From: Auanema rhodensis
Lineage: Eukaryota > Animalia > Nematoda
Assembly: GCA_964057225.1 (NCBI GenBank)
Contig: OZ059900.1
Location: 19,158,001 to 19,222,000, forward strand
Direction of reading: 5' to 3'
DNA length: 64,000 nt
Shown one piece after another: positions 1-12,900 of this stretch. The translations under genes were made by a program, and so were the position numbers. Within the stretch, counting starts at the first letter, position 1. Each line of letters starts with the position of its first letter. The notes below the pieces were generated by a model that ran no database searches, had not been told where the DNA came from, and was given only the letters and a program-made list of their open reading frames with translations.

Positions 1-342
1 ATTTCGCTGTAAACAAGGTTTTGACTTACGATTTCATGTGTTCAAACTCATGCAATGTCAATGAAACCTAGCTCAAAATTGTTCGTACAACGTCTAGTTC
101 CACTTTCACGACAAAAAAACAGGGGTTAGAAAATTAAGGAAATTAGCATATTCTGAGGGCACGCCCCTTATGGCTAATATTGATTAAATCGATTTTTGTT
201 CATATGAGTCGTCAAATGCAACGAATTTCAGCGTGTTACATACTAAAATGAAGCATTTTACATGCTGAACACTAGAAAAATACAAAAACACAGTATTTCC
301 CATGAGAAATATTTTATCATGCTGGAAAACCAGTTTTTGGAA
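1..342 (+). repeat. Representative 342-bp monomer (phase arbitrary); ~34% GC, one NdeI (CATATG, 201-206) and one ClaI (ATCGAT, 188-193) site
   Basis: Direct reading. Hand count gives C=60 and G=57 of 342 bases. Confidence 0.97.
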
Positions 343-3300
343 ATTTCGCTGTAAACAAGGTTTTGACTTACGATTTCATGTGTTCAAACTCATGCAATGT
401 CAATGAAACCTAGCTCAAAATTGTTCGTACAACGTCTAGTTCCACTTTCACGACAAAAAAACAGGGGTTAGAAAATTAAGGAAATTAGCATATTCTGAGG
501 GCACGCCCCTTATGGCTAATATTGATTAAATCGATTTTTGTTCATATGAGTCGTCAAATGCAACGAATTTCAGCGTGTTACACATTAAAATGAAGCATTT
601 TACATTCTGAACACTAGAAAAATACAAAAACACAGTATTTCCCATGAGAAATATTTTATCATGCTGGAAAACCAGTTTTTGGAAATTTCGCTGTAAACAA
701 GGTTTTGACTTACGATTTCATGTGTTCAAACTCATGCAATGTCAATGAAACCTAGCTCAAAATTGTTTGTACAACGTCTAGTTCCACTTTCACGACAAAA
801 AAACAGGGGTTAGAAAATTAAGGAAATTAGCATATTCTGAGGGCACGCCCCTTATGGCTAATATTGATTAAATCGATTTTTGTTCATATGAGTCGTCAAA
901 TGCAACGAATTTCAGCGTGTTACAAACTAAAATGAAGCATTTTACATGCTGAACACTAGAAAAATACAAAAACACAGTGTTTCCCATGAGAAATATTTTA
1001 TTATGCTGGAAAACCAGTTTTTGGAAATTTCGCTGTAAACAAGGTTTTGACTTACGATTTCATGTGTTCAAACTCATGCAACGTCAATGAAACCTAGCTC
1101 AAAATTGTTCGTACAACGTCTAGTTCAACTTTCACGACAAAAAAACAGGGGTTACAAAATTAAGGAAATTAGCATATTCTGAGGGCACGCCCCTTATGGC
1201 TAATATTGATTAAATCGATTTTTGTTCATATGAGTCGTCAAATGCAACGAATTTCAGCGTGTTACATACTAAAATGAAGCATTTTACATGCTGAACACTA
1301 GAAAAATACAAAAACACAGTGTTTCCCATGAGAAATATTTTATTATGCTGGAAAACCAGTTTTTGGAAATTTCGCTGTAAACAAGGTTTTGACTTACGAT
1401 TTCATGTGTTCAAACTCATGCAACGTCAATGAAACCTAGCTCAAAATTGTTCGTACAACGTCTAGTTCCACTTTCACGACAAAAAAACAGGGGTTAGAAA
1501 ATTAAGGAAATTAGCATATTCTGAGGGCACGCCCCTTATGGCTAATATTGATTAAATCGATTTTTGTTCATATGAGTCGTCAAATGCAACGAATTTCAGC
1601 GTGTTACACATTAAAATGAAGCATTTTACATGCTGAACACTAGAAAAATACAAAAACACAGTATTTCCCATGAGAAATATTTTATCATGCTGGAAAACCA
1701 GTTTTTCGAAATTTCGCTGTAAACAAGGTTTTGACTTACGATTTCATGTGTTCAAACTCATGCAATGTCAATGAAACCTAGCTCAAAATTGTTCGTACAA
1801 CGTCTAGTTCCACTTTCACGACAAAAAAACAGGGGTTAGAAAATTAAGGAAATTAGCATATTCTGAGGGCACGCCCCTTATGGCTAATATTGATTAAATC
1901 GATTTTTGTTCATATGAGTTGTCAAATGCAACGAATTTCAGCGTGTTACACATTAAAATGAAGCATTTTACATTCTGAACACTAGAAAAATACAAAAACA
2001 CAGTATTTCCCATGAGAAATATTTTATCATGCTGGAAAACCAGTTTTTGGAAATTTCGCTGTAAACAAGGTTTTGACTTACGATTTCATGTGTTCAAACT
2101 CATGCAATGTCAATGAAACCTAGCTCAAAATTGTTTGTACAACGTCTAGTTCCACTTTCACGACAAAAAAACAGGGGTTAGAAAATTAAGGAAATTAGCA
2201 TATTCTGAGGGCACGCCCCTTATGGCTAATATTGATTAAATCGATTTTTGTTCATATGAGTCGTCAAATGCAACGAATTTCAGCGTGTTACAAACTAAAA
2301 TGAAGCATTTTACATGCTGAACACTAGAAAAATACAAAAACACAGTGTTTCCCATGAGAAATATTTTATTATGCTGGAAAACCAGTTTTTGGAAATTTCG
2401 CTGTAAACAAGGTTTTGACTTACGATTTCATGTGTTCAAACTCATGCAACGTCAATGAAACCTAGCTCAAAATTGTTCGTACAACGTCTAGTTCCACTTT
2501 CACGACAAAAAAACAGGGGTTAGAAAATTAAGGAAATTAGCATATTCTGAGGGCACGCCCCTTATGGCTAATATTGATTAAATCGATTTTTGTTCATATG
2601 AGTCGTCAAATGCAACGAATTTCAGCGTGTTACATACTAAAATGAAGCATTTTACATGCTGAACACTAGAAAAATACAAAAACACAGTATTTCCCATGAG
2701 AAATATTTTATCATGCTGGAAAACCAGTTTTTGGAAATTTCGCTGTAAACAAGGTTTTGACTTACGATTTCATGTGTTCAAACTCATGCAATGTCAATGA
2801 AACCTAGCTCAAAATTGTTTGTACAACGTCTAGTTCCACTTTCACGACAAAAAAACAGGGGTTAGAAAATTAAGGAAATTAGCATATTCTGAGGGCACGC
2901 CCCTTATGGCTAATATTGATTAAATCGATTTTTGTTCATATGAGTCGTCAAATGCAACGAATTTCAGCGTGTTACACATTAAAATGAAGCATTTTACATG
3001 CTGAACACTAGAAAAATACAAAAACACAGTATTTCCCATGAGAAATATTTTATCATGCTGGAAAACCAGTTTTTGGAAATTTCGCTGTAAACAAGGTTTT
3101 GACTTACGATTTCATGTGTTCAAACTCATGCAATGTCAATGAAACCTAGCTCAAAATTGTTTGTACAACGTCTAGTTCCACTTTCACGACAAAAAAACAG
3201 GGGTTAGAAAATTAAGGAAATTAGCATATTCTGAGGGCACGCCCCTTATGGCTAATATTGATTAAATCGATTTTTGTTCATATGAGTCGTCAAATGCAAC

Positions 3301-4899
3301 GAATTTCAGCGTGTTACACACTAAAATGAAGCATTTCACATGCTGAACACTAGAAAAATACAAAAACACAGTATTTCCCATGAGAAATATTTTATTATGC
3401 TGGAAAACCAGTTTTTGGAAATTTCGCTGTAAACAAGGTTTTGACTTACGATTTCATGTGTTCAAACTCATGCAATGTCAATGAAACCTAGCTCAAAATT
3501 GTTCGTACAACGTCTAGTTCCACTTTCACGACAAAAAAACAGGGGTTAGAAAATTAAGGAAATTAGCATATTCTGAGGGCACGCCCCTTATGGCTAATAT
3601 TGATTAAATCGATTTTTGTTCATATGAGTCGTCAAATGCAACGAATTTCAGCGTGTTACAAACTAAAATGAAGCATTTTACATGCTGAACACTAGAAAAA
3701 TACAAAAACACAGTGTTTCCCATGAGAAATATTTTATTATGCTGGAAAACCAGTTTTTGGAAATTTCGCTGTAAACAAGGTTTTGACTTACGATTTCATG
3801 TGTTCAAACTCATGCAATGTCAATGAAACCTAGCTCAAAATTGTTCGTACAACGTCTAGTTCCACTTTCACGACAAAAAAACAGGGGTTAGAAAATTAAG
3901 GAAATTAGCATATTCTGAGGGCACGCCCCTTATGGCTAATATTGATTAAATCGATTTTTGTTCATATGAGTCGTCAAATGCAACGAATTTCAGCGTGTTA
4001 CATACTAAAATGAAGCATTTTACATGCTGAACACTAGAAAAATACAAAAACACAGTATTCCCCATGAGAAATATTTTATTATGCTGGAAAACCAGTTTTT
4101 GGAAATTTCGCTGTAAACAAGGTTTTGACTTACGATTTCATGTGTTCAAACTCATGCAATGTCAATGAAACCTAGCTCAAAATTGTTCGTACAACGTCTA
4201 GTTCCACTTTCACGACAAAAAAACAGGGGTTAGAAAATTAAGGAAATTAGCATATTCTGAGGGCACGCCCCTTATGGCTAATATTGATTAAATCGATTTT
4301 TGTTCATATGAGTCGTCAAATGCAACGAATTTCAGCGTGTTACATACTAAAATGAAGCATTTTACATGCTGAACACTAGAAAAATACAAAAACACAGTAT
4401 TTCCCATGAGAAATATTTTATCATGCTGGAAAACCAGTTTTTGGAAATTTCGCTGTAAACAAGGTTTTGACTTACGATTTCATGTGTTCAAACTCATGCA
4501 ATGTCAATGAAACCTAGCTCAAAATTGTTCGTACAACGTCTAGTTCCACTTTCACGACAAAAAAACAGGGGTTAGAAAATTAAGGAAATTAGCATATTCT
4601 GAGGGCACGCCCCTTATGGCTAATATTGATTAAATCGATTTTTGTTCATATGAGTCGTCAAATGCAACGAATTTCAGCGTGTTACACATTAAAATGAAGC
4701 ATTTTACATTCTGAACACTAGAAAAATACAAAAACACAGTATTTCCCATGAGAAATATTTTATCATGCTGGAAAACCAGTTTTTGGAAATTTCGCTGTAA
4801 ACAAGGTTTTGACTTACGATTTCATGTGTTCAAACTCATGCAATGTCAATGAAACCTAGCTCAAAATTGTTTGTACAACGTCTAGTTCCACTTTCACGA

Positions 4900-7800
4900 C
4901 AAAAAAACAGGGGTTAGAAAATTAAGGAAATTAGCATATTCTGAGGGCACGCCCCTTATGGCTAATATTGATTAAATCGATTTTTGTTCATATGAGTCGT
5001 CAAATGCAACGAATTTCAGCGTGTTACAAACTAAAATGAAGCATTTTACATGCTGAACACTAGAAAAATACAAAAACACAGTGTTTCCCATGAGAAATAT
5101 TTTATTATGCTGGAAAACCAGTTTTTGGAAATTTCGCTGTAAACAAGGTTTTGACTTACGATTTCATGTGTTCAAACTCATGCAACGTCAATGAAACCTA
5201 GCTCAAAATTGTTCGTACAACGTCTAGTTCAACTTTCACGACAAAAAAACAGGGGTTACAAAATTAAGGAAATTAGCATATTCTGAGGGCACGCCCCTTA
5301 TGGCTAATATTGATTAAATCGATTTTTGTTCATATGAGTCGTCAAATGCAACGAATTTCAGCGTGTTACATACTAAAATGAAGCATTTTACATGCTGAAC
5401 ACTAGAAAAATACAAAAACACAGTATTTCCCATGAGAAATATTTTATCATGCTGGAAAACCAGTTTTTGGAAATTTCGCTGTAAACAAGGTTTTGACTTA
5501 CGATTTCATGTGTTCAAACTCATGCAATGTCAATGAAACCTAGCTCAAAATTGTTTGTACAACGTCTAGTTCCACTTTCACGACAAAAAAACAGGGGTTA
5601 GAAAATTAAGGAAATTAGCATATTCTGAGGGCACGCCCCTTATGGCCAATATTGATTAAATCGATTTTTGTTCATATGAGTCGTCAAATGCAACGAATTT
5701 CAGCGTGTTACACATTAAAATGAAGCATTTTACATGCTGAACACTAGAAAAATACAAAAACACAGTGTTTCCCATGAGAAATATTTTATCATGCTGGAAA
5801 ACCAGTTTTTGGAAATTTCGCTGTAAACAAGGTTTTGACTTACGATTTCATGTGTTCAAACTCATGCAATGTCAATGAAACCTAGCTCAAAATTGTTTGT
5901 ACAACGTCTAGTTCCACTTTCACGACAAAAAAACAGGGGTTAGAAAATTAAGGAAATTAGCATATTCTGAGGGCACGCCCCTTATGGCTAATATTGATTA
6001 AATCGATTTTTGTTCATATGAGTCGTCAAATGCAACGAATTTCAGCGTGTTACAAACTAAAATGAAGCATTTTACATGCTGAACACTAGAAAAATACAAA
6101 AACACAGTGTTTCCCATGAGAAATATTTTATTATGCTGGAAAACCAGTTTTTGGAAATTTCGCTGTAAACAAGGTTTTGACTTACGATTTCATGTGTTCA
6201 AACTCATGCAACGTCAATGAAACCTAGCTCAAAATTGTTCGTACAACGTCTAGTTCAACTTTCACGACAAAAAAACAGGGGTTACAAAATTAAGGAAATT
6301 AGCATATTCTGAGGGCACGCCCCTTATGGCTAATATTGATTAAATCGATTTTTGTTCATATGAGTCGTCAAATGCAACGAATTTCAGCGTGTTACATACT
6401 AAAATGAAGCATTTTACATGCTGAACACTAGAAAAATACAAAAACACAGTATTTCCCATGAGAAATATTTTATCATGCTGGAAAACCAGTTTTTGGAAAT
6501 TTCGCTGTAAACAAGGTTTTGACTTACGATTTCATGTGTTCAAACTCATGCAATGTCAATGAAACCTAGCTCAAAATTGTTTGTACAACGTCTAGTTCCA
6601 CTTTCACGACAAAAAAACAGGGGTTAGAAAATTAAGGAAATTAGCATATTCTGAGGGCACGCCCCTTATGGCCAATATTGATTAAATCGATTTTTGTTCA
6701 TATGAGTCGTCAAATGCAACGAATTTCAGCGTGTTACACATTAAAATGAAGCATTTTACATGCTGAACACTAGAAAAATACAAAAACACAGTATTTCCCA
6801 TGAGAAATATTTTATCATGCTGGAAAACCAGTTTTTGGAAATTTCGCTGTAAACAAGGTTTTGACTTACGATTTCATGTGTTCAAACTCATGCAATGTCA
6901 ATGAAACCTAGCTCAAAATTGTTTGTACAACGTCTAGTTCCACTTTCACGACAAAAAAACAGGGGTTAGAAAATTAAGGAAATTAGCATATTCTGAGGGC
7001 ACGCCCCTTATGGCTAATATTGATTAAATCGATTTTTGTTCATATGAGTCGTCAAATGCAACGAATTTCAGCGTGTTACAAACTAAAATGAAGCATTTTA
7101 CATGCTGAACACTAGAAAAATACAAAAACACAGTGTTTCCCATGAGAAATATTTTATTATGCTGGAAAACCAGTTTTTGGAAATTTCGCTGTAAACAAGG
7201 TTTTGACTTACGATTTCATGTGTTCAAACTCATGCAACGTCAATGAAACCTAGCTCAAAATTGTTCGTACAACGTCTATTTCCACTTTCACGACAAAAAA
7301 ACAGGGGTTAGAAAATTAAGGAAATTAGCATATTCTGAGGGCACGCCCCTTATGGCTAATATTGATTAAATCGATTTTTGTTCATATGAGTCGTCAAATG
7401 CAACGAATTTCAGCGTGTTACACACTAAAATGAAGCATTTCACATGCTGAACACTAGAAAAATACAAAAACACAGTATTTCCCATGAGAAATATTTTATT
7501 ATGCTGGAAAACCAGTTTTTGGAAATTTCGCTGTAAACAAGGTTTTGACTTACGATTTCATGTGTTCAAACTCATGCAATGTCAATGAAACCTAGCTCAA
7601 AATTGTTCGTACAACGTCTAGTTCCACTTTCACGGCAAAAAAACAGGGGTTAGAAAATTAAGGAAATTAGCATATTCTGAGGGCACGCCCCTTATGGCTA
7701 ATATTGATTAAATCGATTTTTGTTCATATGAGTCGTCAAATGCAACGAATTTCAGCGTGTTACAAACTAAAATGAAGCATTTTACATGCTGAACACTAGA

Positions 7801-9900
7801 AAAATACAAAAACACAGTGTTTCCCATGAGAAATATTTTATTATGCTGGAAAACCAGTTTTTGGAAATTTCGCTGTAAACAAGGTTTTGACTTACGATTT
7901 CATGTGTTCAAACTCATGCAACGTCAATGAAACCTAGCTCAAAATTGTTCGTACAACGTCTAGTTCAACTTTCACGACAAAAAAACAGGGGTTACAAAAT
8001 TAAGGAAATTAGCATATTCTGAGGGCACGCCCCTTATGGCTAATATTGATTAAATCGATTTTTGTTCATATGAGTCGTCAAATGCAACGAATTTCAGCGT
8101 GTTACATACTAAAATGAAGCATTTTACATGCTGAACACTAGAAAAATACAAAAACACAGTATTTCCCATGAGAAATATTTTATCATGCTGGAAAACCAGT
8201 TTTTGGAAATTTCGCTGTAAACAAGGTTTTGACTTACGATTTCATGTGTTCAAACTCATGCAATGTCAATGAAACCTAGCTCAAAATTGTTTGTACAACG
8301 TCTAGTTCCACTTTCACGACAAAAAAACAGGGGTTAGAAAATTAAGGAAATTAGCATATTCTGAGGGCACGCCCCTTATGGCCAATATTGATTAAATCGA
8401 TTTTTGTTCATATGAGTCGTCAAATGCAACGAATTTCAGCGTGTTACACATTAAAATGAAGCATTTTACATGCTGAACACTAGAAAAATACAAAAACACA
8501 GTGTTTCCCATGAGAAATATTTTATCATGCTGGAAAACCAGTTTTTGGAAATTTCGCTGTAAACAAGGTTTTGACTTACGATTTCATGTGTTCAAACTCA
8601 TGCAATGTCAATGAAACCTAGCTCAAAATTGTTTGTACAACGTCTAGTTCCACTTTCACGACAAAAAAACAGGGGTTAGAAAATTAAGGAAATTAGCATA
8701 TTCTGAGGGCACGCCCCTTATGGCTAATATTGATTAAATCGATTTTTGTTCATATGAGTCGTCAAATGCAACGAATTTCAGCGTGTTACAAACTAAAATG
8801 AAGCATTTTACATGCTGAACACTAGAAAAATACAAAAACACAGTGTTTCCCATGAGAAATATTTTATTATGCTGGAAAACCAGTTTTTGGAAATTTCGCT
8901 GTAAACAAGGTTTTGACTTACGATTTCATGTGTTCAAACTCATGCAACGTCAATGAAACCTAGCTCAAAATTGTTCGTACAACGTCTAGTTCAACTTTCA
9001 CGACAAAAAAACAGGGGTTACAAAATTAAGGAAATTAGCATATTCTGAGGGCACGCCCCTTATGGCTAATATTGATTAAATCGATTTTTGTTCATATGAG
9101 TCGTCAAATGCAACGAATTTCAGCGTGTTACATACTAAAATGAAGCATTTTACATGCTGAACACTAGAAAAATACAAAAACACAGTATTTCCCATGAGAA
9201 ATATTTTATCATGCTGGAAAACCAGTTTTTGGAAATTTCGCTGTAAACAAGGTTTTGACTTACGATTTCATGTGTTCAAACTCATGCAATGTCAATGAAA
9301 CCTAGCTCAAAATTGTTTGTACAACGTCTAGTTCCACTTTCACGACAAAAAAACAGGGGTTAGAAAATTAAGGAAATTAGCATATTCTGAGGGCACGCCC
9401 CTTATGGCCAATATTGATTAAATCGATTTTTGTTCATATGAGTCGTCAAATGCAACGAATTTCAGCGTGTTACACATTAAAATGAAGCATTTTACATGCT
9501 GAACACTAGAAAAATACAAAAACACAGTATTTCCCATGAGAAATATTTTATCATGCTGGAAAACCAGTTTTTGGAAATTTCGCTGTAAACAAGGTTTTGA
9601 CTTACGATTTCATGTGTTCAAACTCATGCAATGTCAATGAAACCTAGCTCAAAATTGTTTGTACAACGTCTAGTTCCACTTTCACGACAAAAAAACAGGG
9701 GTTAGAAAATTAAGGAAATTAGCATATTCTGAGGGCACGCCCCTTATGGCTAATATTGATTAAATCGATTTTTGTTCATATGAGTCGTCAAATGCAACGA
9801 ATTTCAGCGTGTTACAAACTAAAATGAAGCATTTTACATGCTGAACACTAGAAAAATACAAAAACACAGTGTTTCCCATGAGAAATATTTTATTATGCTG
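4900..9900 (+). repeat. Nested higher-order duplication: a 3-monomer duplication inside an 8-monomer duplication
   Basis: Variant TTCAACT occurs at 5231, 6257, 7967 and 8993. Variant GGCCAAT occurs at 5647, 6673, 8383 and 9409. Both have spacings of 1026/1710/1026 bp (3/5/3 monomers). Boundaries are approximate. Confidence 0.85.
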
Positions 9901-12900
9901 GAAAACCAGTTTTTGGAAATTTCGCTGTAAACAAGGTTTTGACTTACGATTTCATGTGTTCAAACTCATGCAATGTCAATGAAACCTAGCTCAAAATTGT
10001 TCGTACAACGTCTAGTTCCACTTTCACGACAAAAAAACAGGGGTTAGAAAATTAAGGAAATTAGCATATTCTGAGGGCACGCCCCTTATGGCTAATATTG
10101 ATTAAATCGATTTTTGTTCATATGAGTCGTCAAATGCAACGAATTTCAGCGTGTTACATACTAAAATGAAGCATTTTACATGCTGAACACTAGAAAAATA
10201 CAAAAACACAGTATTCCCCATGAGAAATATTTTATTATGCTGGAAAACCAGTTTTTGGAAATTTCGCTGTAAACAAGGTTTTGACTTACGATTTCATGTG
10301 TTCAAACTCATGCAATGTCAATGAAACCTAGCTCAAAATTGTTCGTACAACGTCTAGTTCCACTTTCACGACAAAAAAACAGGGGTTAGAAAATTAAGGA
10401 AATTAGCATATTCTGAGGGCACGCCCCTTATGGCTAATATTGATTAAATCGATTTTTGTTCATATGAGTCGTCAAATGCAACGAATTTCAGCGTGTTACA
10501 TACTAAAATGAAGCATTTTACATGCTGAACACTAGAAGAATACAAAAACACAGTATTTCCCATGAGAAATATTTTATTATGCTGGAAAACCAGTTTGTGG
10601 AAATTTCGCTGTAAACAAGGTTTTGACTTACGATTTCATGTGTTCAAACTCATGCAATGTTAATGAAACCTAGCTCAAAATTGTTCGTACAACGTCTAGT
10701 TCCACTTTCACGACAAAAAAACAGGGGTTAGAAAATTAAGGAAATTAGCATATTCTGAGGGCACGCCCCTTATGGCTAATATTGATTAAATCGATTTTTG
10801 TTCATATGAGTCGTCAAATGCAACGAATTTCAGCGTGTTACATACTAAAATGAAGCATTTTACATGCTGAACACTAGAAAAATACAAAAACACAGTATTT
10901 CCCATGAGAAATATTTTATCATGCTGGAAAACCAGTTTTTGGAAATTTCGCTGTAAACAAGGTTTTGACTTACGATTTCATGTGTTCAAACTCATGCAAT
11001 GTCAATGAAACCTAGCTCAAAATTGTTTGTACAACGTCTAGTTCCACTTTCACGACAAAAAAACAAGGGTTAGAAAATTAAGGAAATTAGCATATTCTGA
11101 GGGCACGCCCCTTATGGCTAATATTGATTAAATCGATTTTTGTTCATATGAGTCGTCAAATGCAACGAATTTCAGCGTGTTACAAACTAAAATGAAGCAT
11201 TTTACATGCTGAACACTAGAAAAATACAAAAACACAGTGTTTCCCATGAGAAATATTTTATTATGCTGGAAAACCAGTTTTTGGAAATTTCGCTGTAAAC
11301 AAGGTTTTGACTTACGATTTCATGTGTTCAAACTCATGCAACGTCAATGAAACCTAGCTCAAAATTGTTCGTACAACGTCTAGTTCCACTTTCACGACAA
11401 AAAAACAGGGGTTAGAAAATTAAGGAAATTAGCATATTCTGAGGGCACGCCCCTTATGGCTAATATTGATTAAATCGATTTTTGTTCATATGAGTCGTCA
11501 AATGCAACGAATTTCAGCGTGTTACACACTAAAATGAAGCATTTCACATGCTGAACACTAGAAAAATACAAAAACACAGTATTTCCCATGAGAAATATTT
11601 TATTATGCTGGAAAACCAGTTTTTGGAAATTTCGCTGTAAACAAGGTTTTGACTTACGATTTCATGTGTTCAAACTCATGCAATGTCAATGAAACCTAGC
11701 TCAAAATTGTTCGTACAACGTCTAGTTCCACTTTCACGACAAAAAAACAGGGGTTAGAAAATTAAGGAAATTAGCATATTCTGAGGGCACGCCCCTTATG
11801 GCTAATATTGATTAAATCGATTTTTGTTCATATGAGTCGTCAAATGCAACGAATTTCAGCGTGTTACAAACTAAAATGAAGCATTTTACATGCTGAACAC
11901 TAGAAAAATACAAAAACACAGTGTTTCCCATGAGAAATATTTTATTATGCTGGAAAACCAGTTTTTGGAAATTTCGCTGTAAACAAGGTTTTGACTTACG
12001 ATTTCATGTGTTCAAACTCATGCAATGTCAATGAAACCTAGCTCAAAATTGTTCGTACAACGTCTAGTTCCACTTTCACGACAAAAAAACAGGGGTTAGA
12101 AAATTAAGGAAATTAGCATATTCTGAGGGCACGCCCCTTATGGCTAATATTGATTAAATCGATTTTTGTTCATATGAGTCGTCAAATGCAACGAATTTCA
12201 GCGTGTTACATACTAAAATGAAGCATTTTACATGCTGAACACTAGAAAAATACAAAAACACAGTATTCCCCATGAGAAATATTTTATTATGCTGGAAAAC
12301 CAGTTTTTGGAAATTTCGCTGTAAACAAGGTTTTGACTTACGATTTCATGTGTTCAAACTCATGCAATGTCAATGAAACCTAGCTCAAAATTGTTCGTAC
12401 AACGTCTAGTTCCACTTTCACGACAAAAAAACAGGGGTTAGAAAATTAAGGAAATTAGCATATTCTGAGGGCACGCCCCTTATGGCTAATATTGATTAAA
12501 TCGATTTTTGTTCATATGAGTCGTCAAATGCAACGAATTTCAGCGTGTTACATACTAAAATGAAGCATTTTACATGCTGAACACTAGAAAAATACAAAAA
12601 CACAGTATTTCCCATGAGAAATATTTTATCATGCTGGAAAACCAGTTTTTGGAAATTTCGCTGTAAACAAGGTTTTGACTTACGATTTCATGTGTTCAAA
12701 CTCATGCAATGTCAATGAAACCTAGCTCAAAATTGTTTGTACAACGTCTAGTTCCACTTTCACGACAAAAAAACAGGGGTTAGAAAATTAAGGAAATTAG
12801 CATATTCTGAGGGCACGCCCCTTATGGCTAATATTGATTAAATCGATTTTTGTTCATATGAGTCGTCAAATGCAACGAATTTCAGCGTGTTACATACTAA

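Noticed and set aside
121-129. Telomere-like AGGGGTTAG / AAGGGTTAG motif or G-quadruplex
   Set aside because: It is a single short occurrence per monomer, not a tandem telomeric tract, and there are too few clustered G-runs for a quadruplex.
1-342. Dimer of 171-bp primate alpha satellite
   Set aside because: The two 171-bp halves show no evident similarity to each other, and I see no alpha-satellite sequence motifs or canonical CENP-B box.
1-342. Tandem 5S rRNA, tRNA, snRNA or spliced-leader gene array
   Set aside because: I could not recognise a 5S sequence, a tRNA cloverleaf with A/B boxes, or an snRNA or SL sequence on either strand. An Rfam/Infernal scan would settle this.
1-342. Assignment to a named satellite family or species on monomer length
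   Set aside because: Satellites of about 340-360 bp occur in many unrelated insects and plants. Length alone is not diagnostic and I cannot run a search.
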